64,000 nt of DNA, taken from contig OZ239628.1 in assembly GCA_965195345.1 (NCBI GenBank), forward strand, positions 1,840,977 through 1,904,976. The letters are read 5' to 3'. A program made the position numbers and the translations under genes. Below the pieces are notes generated by a model. It did not search any database and had not been told where the DNA came from. It worked only from the letters and a program-made list of their open reading frames with translations. Shown piece after piece: positions 19,644 to 30,443 of the stretch. Origin of the DNA: an uncultured Thiomicrospira sp. GTDB taxonomy: Bacteria; Pseudomonadota; Gammaproteobacteria; CAKMZV01. How positions within the stretch are numbered: position 1 is the first letter of the stretch; each line of letters begins with the position of its first letter.

Positions 19644-20747
19644 CTACAAAATAGCACGTTCCTTTCGATCGATGACATTAATGATATCTAAAGGAGTCAA
19701 CCCTTCCATGCACTTTATAGGATTGTAGCAATGGCTGTTACTTTTCACTAAATTACAAGGGCAACACGACAAATTTTTAACAATAAGTGCTTGATGCCTG
19801 TTGTTATAGATAGGGAAACTTGATTCTGGAGCAAGCAAGCCAAATAATCCTATAACGCTAGGACCATCGGTTGATAACGCCAAATGCATGAATCCTGAAT
19901 CGGTTGCTACAACCCACTGACATTGCTGCAAAAAAGCGGCAGCAACTGTAATGGGCTCTTCAATGATGGGGATTTTTGCATCTACTGCATCTAATAATTT
20001 TTGAGTTGCCTGCGTTTCTCCCGGACCTACTACTGCCACAGGCAACATCTCCTTTAAAATTAACAGATTAACAAACTTAATCCAGTAGGCACTTGGCCAC
20101 GTTCGTCTGTAATCTCTTGCAAAAGGATTAAACGCTAATAACGGTCTCTTATCTGGGTTAATATTTTGGGCAATATTTCGCGCTTTTGCATACGTTTTTT
20201 CATCACCCCAATAGTGGCGACGATACACGTCAACAGGCTCTAATCCGATAGCCCTTAGAAGATCAAAATGATTTTCACCTCGATAACGATCGTGAAACTC
20301 CTTGTGCAATCGAACCGTTAAAAACATTCCCCTGCCATCGCTATCGTAGCCTACTCGATTAGGCACATTTGCAAGCCACATCGCCAGCGCAGCATGAATG
20401 TTCCCAGAAAGCAATAGCGCAAGATCAAACGATTTCTCTTGCATCTTTTTAATGACCTGCCATTGATATTTCTTCGTTTCTTTAGATGAAAAAGGAACAC
20501 ATTCGTCTACATAAGGGCAATGCTGCATAAGCTCAAATCCATGACGATTGATGAGATTCATAATATGCGCATTGGGGAAAAGTCGGCGCACTTCTCGAAA
20601 AAATGCGCTTCCAATGGCTAAATCCCCTAAAGGATCAATCCCTCTAATAACAATTTTTTTAACACTTGAAGTATCAAAGTATTTGGCACGAATTAGCCTC
20701 GCATCACGATCAACAAAATCACTGGAGACTGTAAAAGTATTCACCAA
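19644..20747 (-). CDS. Glycosyltransferase family 9 (ADP-heptose:LPS heptosyltransferase-like) protein
   Basis: 367 aa. GT-B fold, with the GT9 C-terminal region (...ATDSGFMHLA...) and a Cys-rich tail. Confidence 0.7.
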   Translation of the reverse strand: MVNTFTVSSDFVDRDARLIRAKYFDTSSVKKIVIRGIDPLGDLAIGSAFFREVRRLFPNAHIMNLINRHGFELMQHCPYVDECVPFSSKETKKYQWQVIKKMQEKSFDLALLLSGNIHAALAMWLANVPNRVGYDSDGRGMFLTVRLHKEFHDRYRGENHFDLLRAIGLEPVDVYRRHYWGDEKTYAKARNIAQNINPDKRPLLAFNPFARDYRRTWPSAYWIKFVNLLILKEMLPVAVVGPGETQATQKLLDAVDAKIPIIEEPITVAAAFLQQCQWVVATDSGFMHLALSTDGPSVIGLFGLLAPESSFPIYNNRHQALIVKNLSCCPCNLVKSNSHCYNPIKCMEGLTPLDIINVIDRKERAIL

Positions 20748-21133
20748 TACCTCTTATTATCAGGATGTTCGTCGGCAATAGTTATTGTTCCTAAAAGGAT
20801 GTAAAGTAATAACTTGCTCTAAAAGATGACGGAAATTTAGTATGTGTATTCATAGCCATCTCAAGTTCATCTCCTCAAATACTATGCTTATTCTGCCCGT
20901 CTTTAAATCAATCAAATAGTAGTATCAGAGACACAATCAAAGTGCATTATATAAGATAGTGTGAAAAGATCATATGCAATGATAATCACGCGCTTTATCA
21001 ATTCCTTATGACTTCAATCCATTCAGAGCATGGATGTAAGCTATCTGGATGGTTAAAAAATTCTAATTTTAAATGTACCATCACGCATTAACAGTCATAA
21101 TAAGCGACATGATTATTTTTTGGCATCACCAGC

Positions 21134-21535
21134 ATGATAGATCACTTCAATCTCCCAGTATCAAACCTTGAGCGCAGTGCCAACTTCTATGAAGTAACAC
21201 TGGCAAGCCTAAACATAGAACTGTTAATGCGAGATGGAGACGCTGTTGGCTTTGGCAAAAATACATGGGAGTTTGGTATCGTCCATGAATCAAGAGAGTT
21301 GATACAAATGCATTGTGCATTTATTGCGCATTCTCAAGAAGAGGTGCGAAGATTCTATGCAGCAGCATTGGAAGCTGGAGGCATTGACAATGGTGCTCCA
21401 GGATTACGAACCGAATATGCGCCGTCATATTATTCAGCCTACGTGCTTGATCCTGATGGTCACAATATTGAAGCGGTATGCAGGTGTGACAACCTAGATA
21501 TGCCTAACAAGGTAATAAACCTAGGCACAATATAA
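21134..21535 (+). CDS. VOC-family (glyoxalase/bleomycin-resistance/dioxygenase fold) protein
   Basis: 133 aa. Begins IDHFNLPVSNLERSANFYE and ends YVLDPDGHNIEAV, both typical of VOC-fold proteins. Confidence 0.7.
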   Translation: MIDHFNLPVSNLERSANFYEVTLASLNIELLMRDGDAVGFGKNTWEFGIVHESRELIQMHCAFIAHSQEEVRRFYAAALEAGGIDNGAPGLRTEYAPSYYSAYVLDPDGHNIEAVCRCDNLDMPNKVINLGTI

Positions 21536-21573
21536 GCAAAATTTACGTTTGTTGACTTTAAATCCACCAGACT

Positions 21574-22029
21574 ATGAAAGAAACTCGACATATCAGAAAA
21601 GCCACACCGAATGATGCTGATGATTTGAAAAAATGCATGGAGTCGGCATACATAGGCTATCAAGAGAGAATGAAAGGCGCACCACTTCCGCCAATGGATG
21701 CTGATTATTCATTCGAAATTAAAAACTACCCAACTTGGGTCATTGAATCAGAAAAAGGGCTGCTTGGCGGTCTTATTATGGTGTTCAAAGATGGTCGCGC
21801 CTCTATAGCAAACATTGCCATCAATCCTAAATATCAGGGACAAGGAATTGGTCGCGAACTGATGGATTTCGCAGAATCAAAAGCAAAGGAGAAGAACTTT
21901 TTTGAACTGCATTTGACAACCCATGTATTGCTTGAAGAGAACTTATCTTTGTATCAACATCTTGGATGGCAAGAATTGAGCAGAGATGAAAACCGAGTTT
22001 TCATGAAGAAACAATTACCTTTTACCTAA
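21574..22029 (+). CDS. GNAT-family N-acetyltransferase
   Basis: 151 aa. Acetyl-CoA-binding motif (Q/R-x-x-G-x-G/A) in NPKYQGQGIGRELM. Confidence 0.7.
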   Translation: MKETRHIRKATPNDADDLKKCMESAYIGYQERMKGAPLPPMDADYSFEIKNYPTWVIESEKGLLGGLIMVFKDGRASIANIAINPKYQGQGIGRELMDFAESKAKEKNFFELHLTTHVLLEENLSLYQHLGWQELSRDENRVFMKKQLPFT

Positions 22030-22188
22030 AAATCCAGTACTTACACGAAGAATCAAACGGATTATTGGTTACAAAAATCTTCTCTTTAAAACTTTTTGAT
22101 GCTTCCTTTTATCAGCTTGACCTACTATGGCGCACTAAGAAATCCTTTAAAGAATTCCTTTAAAAACGGCTTTCAGTGTAACCTATAA

Positions 22189-22212
22189 CCTCTATTATTG
22201 GTAGAATAGAGG
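22189..22212. promoter_or_regulatory. Perfect 8-bp inverted repeat CCTCTATT-N8-AATAGAGG, 35 nt upstream of the sufB start codon; candidate operator or 5'-UTR hairpin
   Basis: Seen directly in the sequence. It sits in the sufB promoter/UTR region, between a TATAAT-like element and the ATG. Confidence 0.25.
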
Positions 22213-22246
22213 CCCTCAAAATTTCCCCAACGAACAATTATATAAT

Positions 22247-23719
22247 ATGGGCAAAAATACAGTGCCAGACATCTTGCACCAATCCAATGTCGATGTACAA
22301 GATGATATTGTTGACCTACTTAAAAACACTAGTTATAAAGAAGGGTTTCATACTAATATCGTTTCTGAAACCTTTGAAAAAGGATTGAATGAAGATATCG
22401 TTCGCAGAATATCATCGAAGAAAAATGAACCTGAATGGATGCTTGAGTGGCGTTTGAATGCATTCAGAGAATGGCAAGAAATGGAAGAACCACATTGGGC
22501 GCATGTTGATTTCAAATCATTAGACTATCAAGATTTTCATTACTACTCAGCACCAGAATCTTCCAGTTGTGAAAGCGACAAACCAAACGAAGAATTGGTT
22601 GATACGTTTGAGCGCCTTGGTGTAACTCTTAACGATACGAGCAATATAGCGGTTGATGCTATTTTTGATAGCGTATCAGTATCTACTACGCACCGTTCTA
22701 AATTAGCGGAGCTGGGAATCATATTTTGCTCGTTTAGCGAAGCAATAGAAGATCACCCTGATTTGGTGAAAAAATACATGGGGACGGTCGTCCCACACAA
22801 TGATAACTTTTTTGCTGCGTTGAATTCTGCTTGTGCATCGGATGGAACTTTTGTCTATATTCCTCCTGGAGTACGCTGTCCGCTTGAAATATCAACGTAT
22901 TTTCGGATGAACGAAGCAAAAACAGGTCAATTCGAACGCACATTGCTTATCGCTGACAAAAACAGTTACGTAAGCTACATTGAAGGTTGTTCTGCTCCTA
23001 TTCAAGACAGTTACCAGTTACATGCTGCTGTGGTTGAGGTTGTTGTACTCGAGGGCGCTGAAGTCAAGTATTCGACTGTGCAAAACTGGTATCCGGGTGA
23101 TGAAGATTCAGAGGGTGGTATTTTAAATTTTGTGACTAAACGTGGCATTTGTGCTGAGGCCAACTCTAAACTTTCTTGGACACAAGCAGAAACAGGTTCT
23201 TCTATAACTTGGAAGTACCCGTCTGTCATACTCCAAGGTGATAATTCGATTGGTGAATTCTACTCAGTAGCTCTAACAAACGGCAAGCAACAAGCCGACA
23301 CAGGCACAAAAATGATACATATTGGTAAAAATACCAGTTCAACTATTATCAGCAAAGGGATATCAGCAGGGCGAAGCCAAAATACATATCGCGGGCAAGT
23401 TAAGATAATGAAAAACGCTGAAGGTGCAAGAAACTTCACACAATGCGATTCCATGTTAATTGGCAACCAGTGTGGCGCACATACTTTCCCGTACATTGAC
23501 TGCGCCAATCCAACGGCTCAACTTGAACACGAAGCGACCACTTCAAAAATCGGAGATGACCAAATGTTCTATTGTGCTCAACGTGGCATTAGTGAAGAAG
23601 ATGCAGTGAGCATCATAGTCAATGGATTTTGCAAGGAAGTCTTTTCAGAATTACCGATGGAATTTGCAGTTGAAGCAAGAAAGCTTTTAGCGATCAGTCT
23701 CGAAGGTTCCGTTGGATAA
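22247..23719 (+). CDS. sufB: Fe-S cluster assembly protein SufB
   Basis: 490 aa. Conserved SufB length and motifs. Followed by sufC, sufD and sufS. Confidence 0.9.
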   Translation: MGKNTVPDILHQSNVDVQDDIVDLLKNTSYKEGFHTNIVSETFEKGLNEDIVRRISSKKNEPEWMLEWRLNAFREWQEMEEPHWAHVDFKSLDYQDFHYYSAPESSSCESDKPNEELVDTFERLGVTLNDTSNIAVDAIFDSVSVSTTHRSKLAELGIIFCSFSEAIEDHPDLVKKYMGTVVPHNDNFFAALNSACASDGTFVYIPPGVRCPLEISTYFRMNEAKTGQFERTLLIADKNSYVSYIEGCSAPIQDSYQLHAAVVEVVVLEGAEVKYSTVQNWYPGDEDSEGGILNFVTKRGICAEANSKLSWTQAETGSSITWKYPSVILQGDNSIGEFYSVALTNGKQQADTGTKMIHIGKNTSSTIISKGISAGRSQNTYRGQVKIMKNAEGARNFTQCDSMLIGNQCGAHTFPYIDCANPTAQLEHEATTSKIGDDQMFYCAQRGISEEDAVSIIVNGFCKEVFSELPMEFAVEARKLLAISLEGSVG

Positions 23720-23733
23720 ACAAGGATTATTTT

Positions 23734-24489
23734 ATGTTATTGGAAATTAATAATTTACACGCATCGGTTACAGAAAGCGACACGCCAATTCTAAAGGGGC
23801 TCAATTTGAGCATAAAGAAAGGCGAGGTGCATGCCATTATGGGACCAAATGGATCAGGGAAAAGCACTCTGTCAAATGTTATCACTGGACGCGATGATTA
23901 CGAAGTAACTGCTGGATCGATTTCCTTTGAGAAAAAAGATCTATTAGAGATGGATGTTTCAGAGCGCGCTGGTGAAGGTATTTTTATGGCGTTCCAATAC
24001 CCTGTTGAAATTCCTGGGGTATCCAATAAAATGTTCATGCAAGCATCTTTCAATGCCTTACGCGAGTATCGTAATGAACCAACGTTGAACACGCTTGAAT
24101 TTAACAAGTTGCTTAAGCAACGCCTTACGTTGCTTAATATGCCTAAAGAACTACTTGAGCGCTCCGTCAATTGTGGCTTTTCAGGTGGAGAGAAAAAACG
24201 CAACGACATTTTTCAATTAGCAGTGCTTGATCCAAAGTTAGCGATTCTTGATGAAACGGACTCTGGACTTGATATAGATGCAATGCGCGCAGTAGCAACG
24301 GGCGTTAATAAATTACGCAACGAAGAGCGTTCTTTTTTAATTATTACGCACTATCAACGATTACTCGATTATATCGAACCTGATTTTGTACATATTTTGT
24401 CCGACGGGAAAATCATTAAATCTGGGGATAAAAGCCTTGCCCTTAAGCTCGAAGAAAAAGGGTATAACTGGGTGAATGAAGGACATTAA
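23734..24489 (+). CDS. sufC: Fe-S cluster assembly ATPase SufC
   Basis: 251 aa. Walker A GPNGSGKST, an ABC signature (FSGGEKKR) and Walker B. Confidence 0.9.
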   Translation: MLLEINNLHASVTESDTPILKGLNLSIKKGEVHAIMGPNGSGKSTLSNVITGRDDYEVTAGSISFEKKDLLEMDVSERAGEGIFMAFQYPVEIPGVSNKMFMQASFNALREYRNEPTLNTLEFNKLLKQRLTLLNMPKELLERSVNCGFSGGEKKRNDIFQLAVLDPKLAILDETDSGLDIDAMRAVATGVNKLRNEERSFLIITHYQRLLDYIEPDFVHILSDGKIIKSGDKSLALKLEEKGYNWVNEGH

Positions 24490-25706
24490 TGATTGTTATG
24501 CAAAAAACCAAAAAACTGCTTTCTTGTGAACAACGATTAAAGCAATCTTTTCAGCAGTTGCCAAAAGATTTATTAACTCAACGTCGAGAACAGGCGTTTG
24601 AAGCGTTTAACGTGAATGGATTACCCTCACAGAAACATGAAGATTGGCAAAACACACCCATAAGCTCTCTAAAAACACCATCTCCTGCAAGCGTTCCAGG
24701 TCAGCTACCGATTTTTGATGTTTTTGAGATTGATTTTCCTGTTATCAATATTGTTGATGGGCATATAGATTATGCTTCGCTACCGAAAAACATAACAATT
24801 GAAGAAAACCTTCCGCCATCACTGCCAATTAGCGCCGAAGACGACCCACTTTTTTTGATCAACCAAGCCTTTATTCAAAAACATATTACTGTCATTGTTA
24901 AAGAAAATGGCTATTTGTGGCTTCGTTACCTTGGAACTCAAGCGAGCACCGCTAGCTCCCAAATAGACATTCAGGTTGGCTCATCATGTGAGCTAACGGT
25001 CATCGAAAGCCACGGGTCTGGGCATGCTGAAATGGTGGCCAACCATAGCTTAGGGTTCTGTGTTGGCGCCAATGCACAAGTTAAGCATTACAAGTGGCAA
25101 ACGCAAAATAAAGAAAGTCAACATTTTGCACACCATTTCTTTCATCTTGGCAAAGACGCTCAATTTTCCAGCACGAGCATATTAGCTGGAGGCAGTTTGT
25201 GTCGTCAGAATAGTTTCACGCGCTTGGCTGAATCAGGTTGCACTAGTGAAGTAAACAGCTTATACGTTGGTTCAAAAGGGCAAACAATTGATACCAGGAC
25301 ATTTACAAAGCATCAAGCACCGCATTGCAATAGCTATCAAATTCACAAAGGGATTCTGGATGATGATGCAAGAGGCGTTTTTCAAGGCCGCATATACGTT
25401 GATCCTCAAGCGCTTAAAACCGACGGGCAAATGGATAACCGTGCACTGCTGTTATCTGAAAAAGCACAAAATAACAGCAAACCACAATTGGAAATTTATG
25501 CGGATGATGTGAAGTGTTCACATGGATTTACTTGTGGGCAAATGGACAAAGACCAGTTATTTTATATACAAAGCCGTGGCATTCCGCTTAAAGAGGCTCA
25601 AAAATATCTTATGTATGCTTTTGCTGCTGAAGTGGCATTACGTATTGATTACGAGCCAATGCGCAATGCCGTCGAACGCGCTCTATCAAAACAATTAATT
25701 AAATGA
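24489..25706 (+). CDS. sufD: Fe-S cluster assembly protein SufD
   Basis: 405 aa. SufB/SufD-family beta-helix. ATG overlaps the sufC stop (TAATG). Confidence 0.85.
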   Translation: MIVMQKTKKLLSCEQRLKQSFQQLPKDLLTQRREQAFEAFNVNGLPSQKHEDWQNTPISSLKTPSPASVPGQLPIFDVFEIDFPVINIVDGHIDYASLPKNITIEENLPPSLPISAEDDPLFLINQAFIQKHITVIVKENGYLWLRYLGTQASTASSQIDIQVGSSCELTVIESHGSGHAEMVANHSLGFCVGANAQVKHYKWQTQNKESQHFAHHFFHLGKDAQFSSTSILAGGSLCRQNSFTRLAESGCTSEVNSLYVGSKGQTIDTRTFTKHQAPHCNSYQIHKGILDDDARGVFQGRIYVDPQALKTDGQMDNRALLLSEKAQNNSKPQLEIYADDVKCSHGFTCGQMDKDQLFYIQSRGIPLKEAQKYLMYAFAAEVALRIDYEPMRNAVERALSKQLIK

Positions 25707-26923
25707 AGTCTTTACAAAACATTCGAGATGATTTCCCTGCGTTGCATCAGGAAATTAACGGTCACCCTCTAATTTACTTAGATAATGCAGCCACATCACA
25801 AAAACCTTGGCAAGTAATTGAGGCGTTGCGTACGCATTACGAATTTAACAATGCTAACGTTCATCGGGGCATCCATACGCTTTCAGATCGAGCAACACGC
25901 GCCTACGAGGGAGCACGTGACAAAATAGTACAATTTATAAATGCCTCCTCGCGTGAAGAAGTCATCTTTGTCCGTGGTGCTACTGAAGGTATAAATATAG
26001 TTTCACAGTGTTTTATTGCCCCCAACATTCAAAAAGGCGATGCCGTTGTAATTTCCGAATTAGAACATCATTCAAATATTGTTCCTTGGCAGCTTTTAGA
26101 GAAAATGGGATTGGAGGTGCGCTGGTTACCTGTGAATGACAAAGGGGAGATGGTAATAGATGACCTTGCTGGCTTATTAAATGGGCGTGTTAAGTTAGTA
26201 GCTATCAATGCCATTTCAAATTCACTTGGCACAGTTTCTTCGGTAAAGACCATTACCGATATTGCCCATCAGCACAATATCCCTGTGCTTGTTGATGCTT
26301 GTCAAGTCCCAGCACATGCCAAATTGGATGTTCAAGAATGGGATTGTGATTTCTGCGTATTTTCGAGCCATAAAGCATTCGGTCCCACTGGCACTGGCAT
26401 CCTATACGGGAAAAAACATCACTTAGAAAACATGCCCCCTTGGTTGGGTGGCGGTGATATGATTTCTGAGGTTCGCTTTGACGGTTTTGAACCAAATGAC
26501 TTGCCTTATAAATTTGAGGCAGGCACACCAAATATAGCTGATGTGATCGCTTTTGGCGTGGCTATTGATTACATTAGTAATTTGAGCAGACCAGAAATAT
26601 TGGCACATGAAACCAACCTACTCAATGCAGCAACCGACGCATTACAACAAGTACCTGGTTTGGAAATAGTTGGCACCAGCAGTCATAAAACTTCAGTACT
26701 TTCTTTCTACTTGCCTAAAAGTGATTTACATCCTGCTGATATTGGTGCATTGCTTGATAAATATGGTATCGCTATTCGAGCTGGTCACCATTGCACCATG
26801 CCAATATTAGCTAAATATGGTTTACCTGCAACTGCGCGTGCATCCTTTTCTATCTATAATACGGTTGAAGAGGCGCATGCTTTGGGTGAGGCAATGCAAA
26901 AAATTGTTGCTAAATTCTCCTAA
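25703..26923 (+). CDS. sufS: Cysteine desulfurase SufS (class V aminotransferase)
   Basis: 406 aa. PLP-binding Lys in SSHKAFGPTG and a conserved Cys in the active-site loop (HHCTMP). Confidence 0.9.
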   Translation: MKSLQNIRDDFPALHQEINGHPLIYLDNAATSQKPWQVIEALRTHYEFNNANVHRGIHTLSDRATRAYEGARDKIVQFINASSREEVIFVRGATEGINIVSQCFIAPNIQKGDAVVISELEHHSNIVPWQLLEKMGLEVRWLPVNDKGEMVIDDLAGLLNGRVKLVAINAISNSLGTVSSVKTITDIAHQHNIPVLVDACQVPAHAKLDVQEWDCDFCVFSSHKAFGPTGTGILYGKKHHLENMPPWLGGGDMISEVRFDGFEPNDLPYKFEAGTPNIADVIAFGVAIDYISNLSRPEILAHETNLLNAATDALQQVPGLEIVGTSSHKTSVLSFYLPKSDLHPADIGALLDKYGIAIRAGHHCTMPILAKYGLPATARASFSIYNTVEEAHALGEAMQKIVAKFS

Positions 26924-26985
26924 TCAGCTATTAGTTGCTTTTCCAATTTAGAGTGAAGGCGTTCAGCATCCTTTAAATATAGAGG

Positions 26986-28023
26986 TCATTTGAAAACGGG
27001 AAGTACTTCTTTGCAAAACAAATCCATCGACCGTTTTTGTTCTTTCAGACCCAATCCCATACTAGCATAATAAATAAACGAGTCCACGCCAGCTTCTTGA
27101 TACAACGTCAGCTTCTTGATAACTTCATCTGGTGTGCCAAACATCATATTTTCGCTAAGCATCTGTGCTTCGTATTCGGAACGATTCTGCAACTCATCCA
27201 ACGGGATTCCTTTCGGAAAGCCATTTTCAACGTCCCCAAGATTTTTGAACAAATTTTCAAATTGGGATAACTGATTTTGAGCGGCTTGAATGGGAACCAT
27301 CCATTCATCTTTTCTATCATAGACTGCCGTATGGCGCATCATTGCAAAAGTCGGTCTTTTACAACCGGAATTGGCCTGCAACGCTTCGCTCAACCTATCG
27401 CAATACAACGCCACTTCAGACATAGGTTTAGTAATCGGCCACGACATGATATTAAATCCATTTTTCACTGCATAATCAAAGGTTATTGGCGCGCGTGCTG
27501 CTACCCAAATTGGTGGATATGGTTTCTGTAACGGCTTAGGAACGGATGTCGAGAGAGGAAATTTCCAATACTCTCCATCGTGTGCATAATCCTCCTGCCA
27601 CAATGCCTGAAGAGCAGGAACCATCTCCTGCATATAAAGCCAAGCATCCGATTGTTTAAGTCCGTTTTTTAAGCGATCAAATTCACGCTGGTAGGCTCCC
27701 GAACCTATGCCAAACTCAAGCCTCCCGCCACTAATTAAATCAATAAAAGCTGCTTCACCAGCCAAACGAATAGGATGCCAATAAGCTGCTACAGCAACAG
27801 CTGTCCCCAAACGAATACTGTTTGTATTTTCTGCCCATCGAGCAAGGATAAGAAATGGATTAGGTGCGACGGTCATCTCCAAAGCGTGATGCTCGGCAGC
27901 CCATACTATTTCAAACCCACCTCTTTCGGCCATTTGCACCATTTCTAATGTATGCTTCTCAATCTCTGCCATGCTTTGATTGGCATTCATTCTTTCAATA
28001 TTGATGGCTAAATGAAATTTCAT
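26986..28023 (-). CDS. LLM-class (luciferase-like) flavin-dependent oxidoreductase
   Basis: 345 aa. TIM-barrel LLM signatures (FEIVWAAEHH..., GRLEFGIGSG). Confidence 0.8.
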   Translation of the reverse strand: MKFHLAINIERMNANQSMAEIEKHTLEMVQMAERGGFEIVWAAEHHALEMTVAPNPFLILARWAENTNSIRLGTAVAVAAYWHPIRLAGEAAFIDLISGGRLEFGIGSGAYQREFDRLKNGLKQSDAWLYMQEMVPALQALWQEDYAHDGEYWKFPLSTSVPKPLQKPYPPIWVAARAPITFDYAVKNGFNIMSWPITKPMSEVALYCDRLSEALQANSGCKRPTFAMMRHTAVYDRKDEWMVPIQAAQNQLSQFENLFKNLGDVENGFPKGIPLDELQNRSEYEAQMLSENMMFGTPDEVIKKLTLYQEAGVDSFIYYASMGLGLKEQKRSMDLFCKEVLPVFK

Positions 28024-28077
28024 ACTCTTCCTTTGTCAGTTTTGCGTTTTTTCGAACTATTTACTATAATCATCTCT

Positions 28078-28866
28078 TCACAATTTCTTCAAAAACTTCA
28101 AAATTGATCGGATAAAGCGTTGTGGTTGTTCACACAAACCCATGTGTTGTAATTTTGCCACTATCTCAACGGTGCTGCCCTTTATTTCAGAAGCGATTGC
28201 TTGGCTCATTTGTGGAGTAGAACCGCTGTCAAAATAACAAGTCATGACCAGCGTGGGTTGGGTTATCGGTGGATTGGGTCGAATCAACTCAATAACACCT
28301 TTTGCTAATACTTGCCTACACTGTGTATAAATTCTTAAATTATTTGCTAAAACCCATGCACGTACTTGCTCAATGTATTCAGCATTTTCTTCGATAAAGC
28401 GTGCAGTAAACCAGCGTTTAATTGTTGCTTCTAAAGTGGACGCTATGCCTTCCGAAGCGGTATCGATAGCACGTTGTTCAACTAATTTTTGCGCTTGCTC
28501 TTCTCGCTCGTGCGGAGAGTTTAGGATGACTAAAGCCTGAACTCGACATGCATAATCCATTGCAAATCGTCGATTAATCATTCCCCCCAAAGAGAAGCCA
28601 ACCAAAACACACTGCTCAATTTTCAGTGCATCAAGCAAAGTAAGTAACTGCTGTGCGTACAATTTTAAATCGGGATTTTTAAATAATTCATCGCTTTGCC
28701 CATGTCCTGATAAATCATAGGTAATCATGCAGTACTCTTTGGAAAAGGCGCTGACCCAAGATGTCCATATTTGTTGATTCAAACCTAAACCATGTATGAA
28801 AACGACACATGGAGCACCCACGCTGCCAAACTGTTGATAGGCTGTACCCTTGATTTTTTTCAACAT
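28078..28866 (-). CDS. Alpha/beta-hydrolase-fold protein
   Basis: 262 aa. HG oxyanion motif (VVFIHGLG) and a GFSLGG nucleophile elbow. Confidence 0.75.
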   Translation of the reverse strand: MLKKIKGTAYQQFGSVGAPCVVFIHGLGLNQQIWTSWVSAFSKEYCMITYDLSGHGQSDELFKNPDLKLYAQQLLTLLDALKIEQCVLVGFSLGGMINRRFAMDYACRVQALVILNSPHEREEQAQKLVEQRAIDTASEGIASTLEATIKRWFTARFIEENAEYIEQVRAWVLANNLRIYTQCRQVLAKGVIELIRPNPPITQPTLVMTCYFDSGSTPQMSQAIASEIKGSTVEIVAKLQHMGLCEQPQRFIRSILKFLKKL

Positions 28867-29143
28867 TTAAAATTAAGCAGATAAAGTGACTTCGTGTTTG
28901 AAATTATTCCTCATTGTATGCTCTCAAGATACGTAATTCAAATAATTTTATTCATTTTACTTTGCGGAATAAGCGACAAGATAATTCTTAAAAATAACAG
29001 GTGAAAAATAACATTTAAACGAGCAATAGTAATAGTCAAATTAGCATTCTCTGTTTTGATGAATGTTTTACAATGCCCTAAAGTATCATGCCATCTTTTT
29101 GTGGCATGTTTTAAATTTAAAACAAAAAAATCTTGAGAGACTA

Positions 29144-29653
29144 ATGTTTCATTTTCACAAATTAAAAGGGCAAGGTGAAAGTGCACCACCCGCTCCTCCC
29201 TTGCGACAAGTCGCACAGGTTTGGTTAGGTGCCTTTCTCGCTGCTGGGATAATTGGTTTTCTTGCTTGGTACAGCAAGCAACCATTAATTTTAGGCTCCT
29301 TCGGCGCCTCAATTTTTGTGCTGTTTATTCTTCCAGACACCCCATTTGCTCAACCACGTAATGTAATTGGTGGACACCTCGTTGCCACATTGATTGGATT
29401 GTTATTTTTCCATTTAATTGGTCCACAATGGTGGAGTATGGCGCTATCGTTAGCTACTGCCTTAGCTCTCATGCAACTACTGCGTGTTCCCCACCCGCCG
29501 GCAGGATCGAACCCGTTTATCGTTTTTTTGGCATCGGCAAACTGGGAATTCCTTTTCATTCCAACATTATTAGGTGCTGTGCTACTTGTGGTTGTTGCTT
29601 TGTTTTATAACAATATAAATGCTGATCGCACTTATCCCAAATACTGGTTTTAA
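29144..29653 (+). CDS. HPP-family membrane protein
   Basis: ORF track starts at 29063; the in-frame ATG at 29144 is more likely. A conserved H-P-P motif (VPHPPAGSNP) sits between TM helices. Confidence 0.7.
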   Translation: MFHFHKLKGQGESAPPAPPLRQVAQVWLGAFLAAGIIGFLAWYSKQPLILGSFGASIFVLFILPDTPFAQPRNVIGGHLVATLIGLLFFHLIGPQWWSMALSLATALALMQLLRVPHPPAGSNPFIVFLASANWEFLFIPTLLGAVLLVVVALFYNNINADRTYPKYWF

Positions 29654-29665
29654 AAACACCAAATT

Positions 29666-30433
29666 ATGCACTTATTAACCTCCACTGATTATTTTGCCCT
29701 TTTGAGTCTTATTCTCTGCTGGACTGGCTACATAGCCTTCTGCCGTCATTTGACGCGTAAAGGATTGGGATTAGTTGCCATTGTTTCTAATCTGAGATTA
29801 CACTGGATGAAAAGTTATGTGGATAGTGCTGCTGAATCACCTCGCATAGCAGAAGCTCAAGTTTTGAATATGCTGCAAAACAGCGTGAGTTTCTATATAA
29901 CAATTACCATTTTTGTCCTTGCTGGGTTAATGGCTATGTTCACATCTCTCGACACAGTAATTGTTGTATTAGATCAATTGCCCTACCAAATTGAAAACGC
30001 AACAATAACATTGCCTATTAAACTATTACTGCTCATCGTAATTTTCATAATTGCCTTTTTCCGTTTTTCATGGGCATTACGACAAGGACGTTATTACGTA
30101 ATAGCGTTGTTTGCTTTGCCACAAAAAGAATTGTCCATACATCAGCAAAAGATTATTTCTGAAAAACTAGCAAAATCTTTATCTATTGCTGCACAATCTT
30201 ATAACAATGCTTACCATGCCTATTACTTTGGGCTTTCAGCATTAAGTTGGATTGTTCATCCGTTGTTATTTATCGCCACCAATATTTGGGTAGTGCTCGT
30301 TATATATCGTCGCGAGTTCAAATCAAGAACATCGCATGTTCTTTTTGAAATCAATACACTTTATGATTCCTTGGAAGACGATACACTAAGCGATAAAACC
30401 TTGACCAATACGGATGAACAAAATAGAAGTTGA
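29666..30433 (+). CDS. Integral membrane protein of unknown function (possibly DUF599-like)
   Basis: 255 aa with several predicted TM segments. No catalytic motifs recognised. Confidence 0.5.
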   Translation: MHLLTSTDYFALLSLILCWTGYIAFCRHLTRKGLGLVAIVSNLRLHWMKSYVDSAAESPRIAEAQVLNMLQNSVSFYITITIFVLAGLMAMFTSLDTVIVVLDQLPYQIENATITLPIKLLLLIVIFIIAFFRFSWALRQGRYYVIALFALPQKELSIHQQKIISEKLAKSLSIAAQSYNNAYHAYYFGLSALSWIVHPLLFIATNIWVVLVIYRREFKSRTSHVLFEINTLYDSLEDDTLSDKTLTNTDEQNRS

Positions 30434-30443
30434 TTCTAAGTTA

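Noticed and set aside
28938-29312. 124-aa minus-strand ORF overlapping the promoter and 5' end of the HPP gene
   Set aside because: It overlaps a better-supported plus-strand gene and an AT-rich intergenic region. Arg/Leu-rich low-complexity sequence with no recognisable domain.
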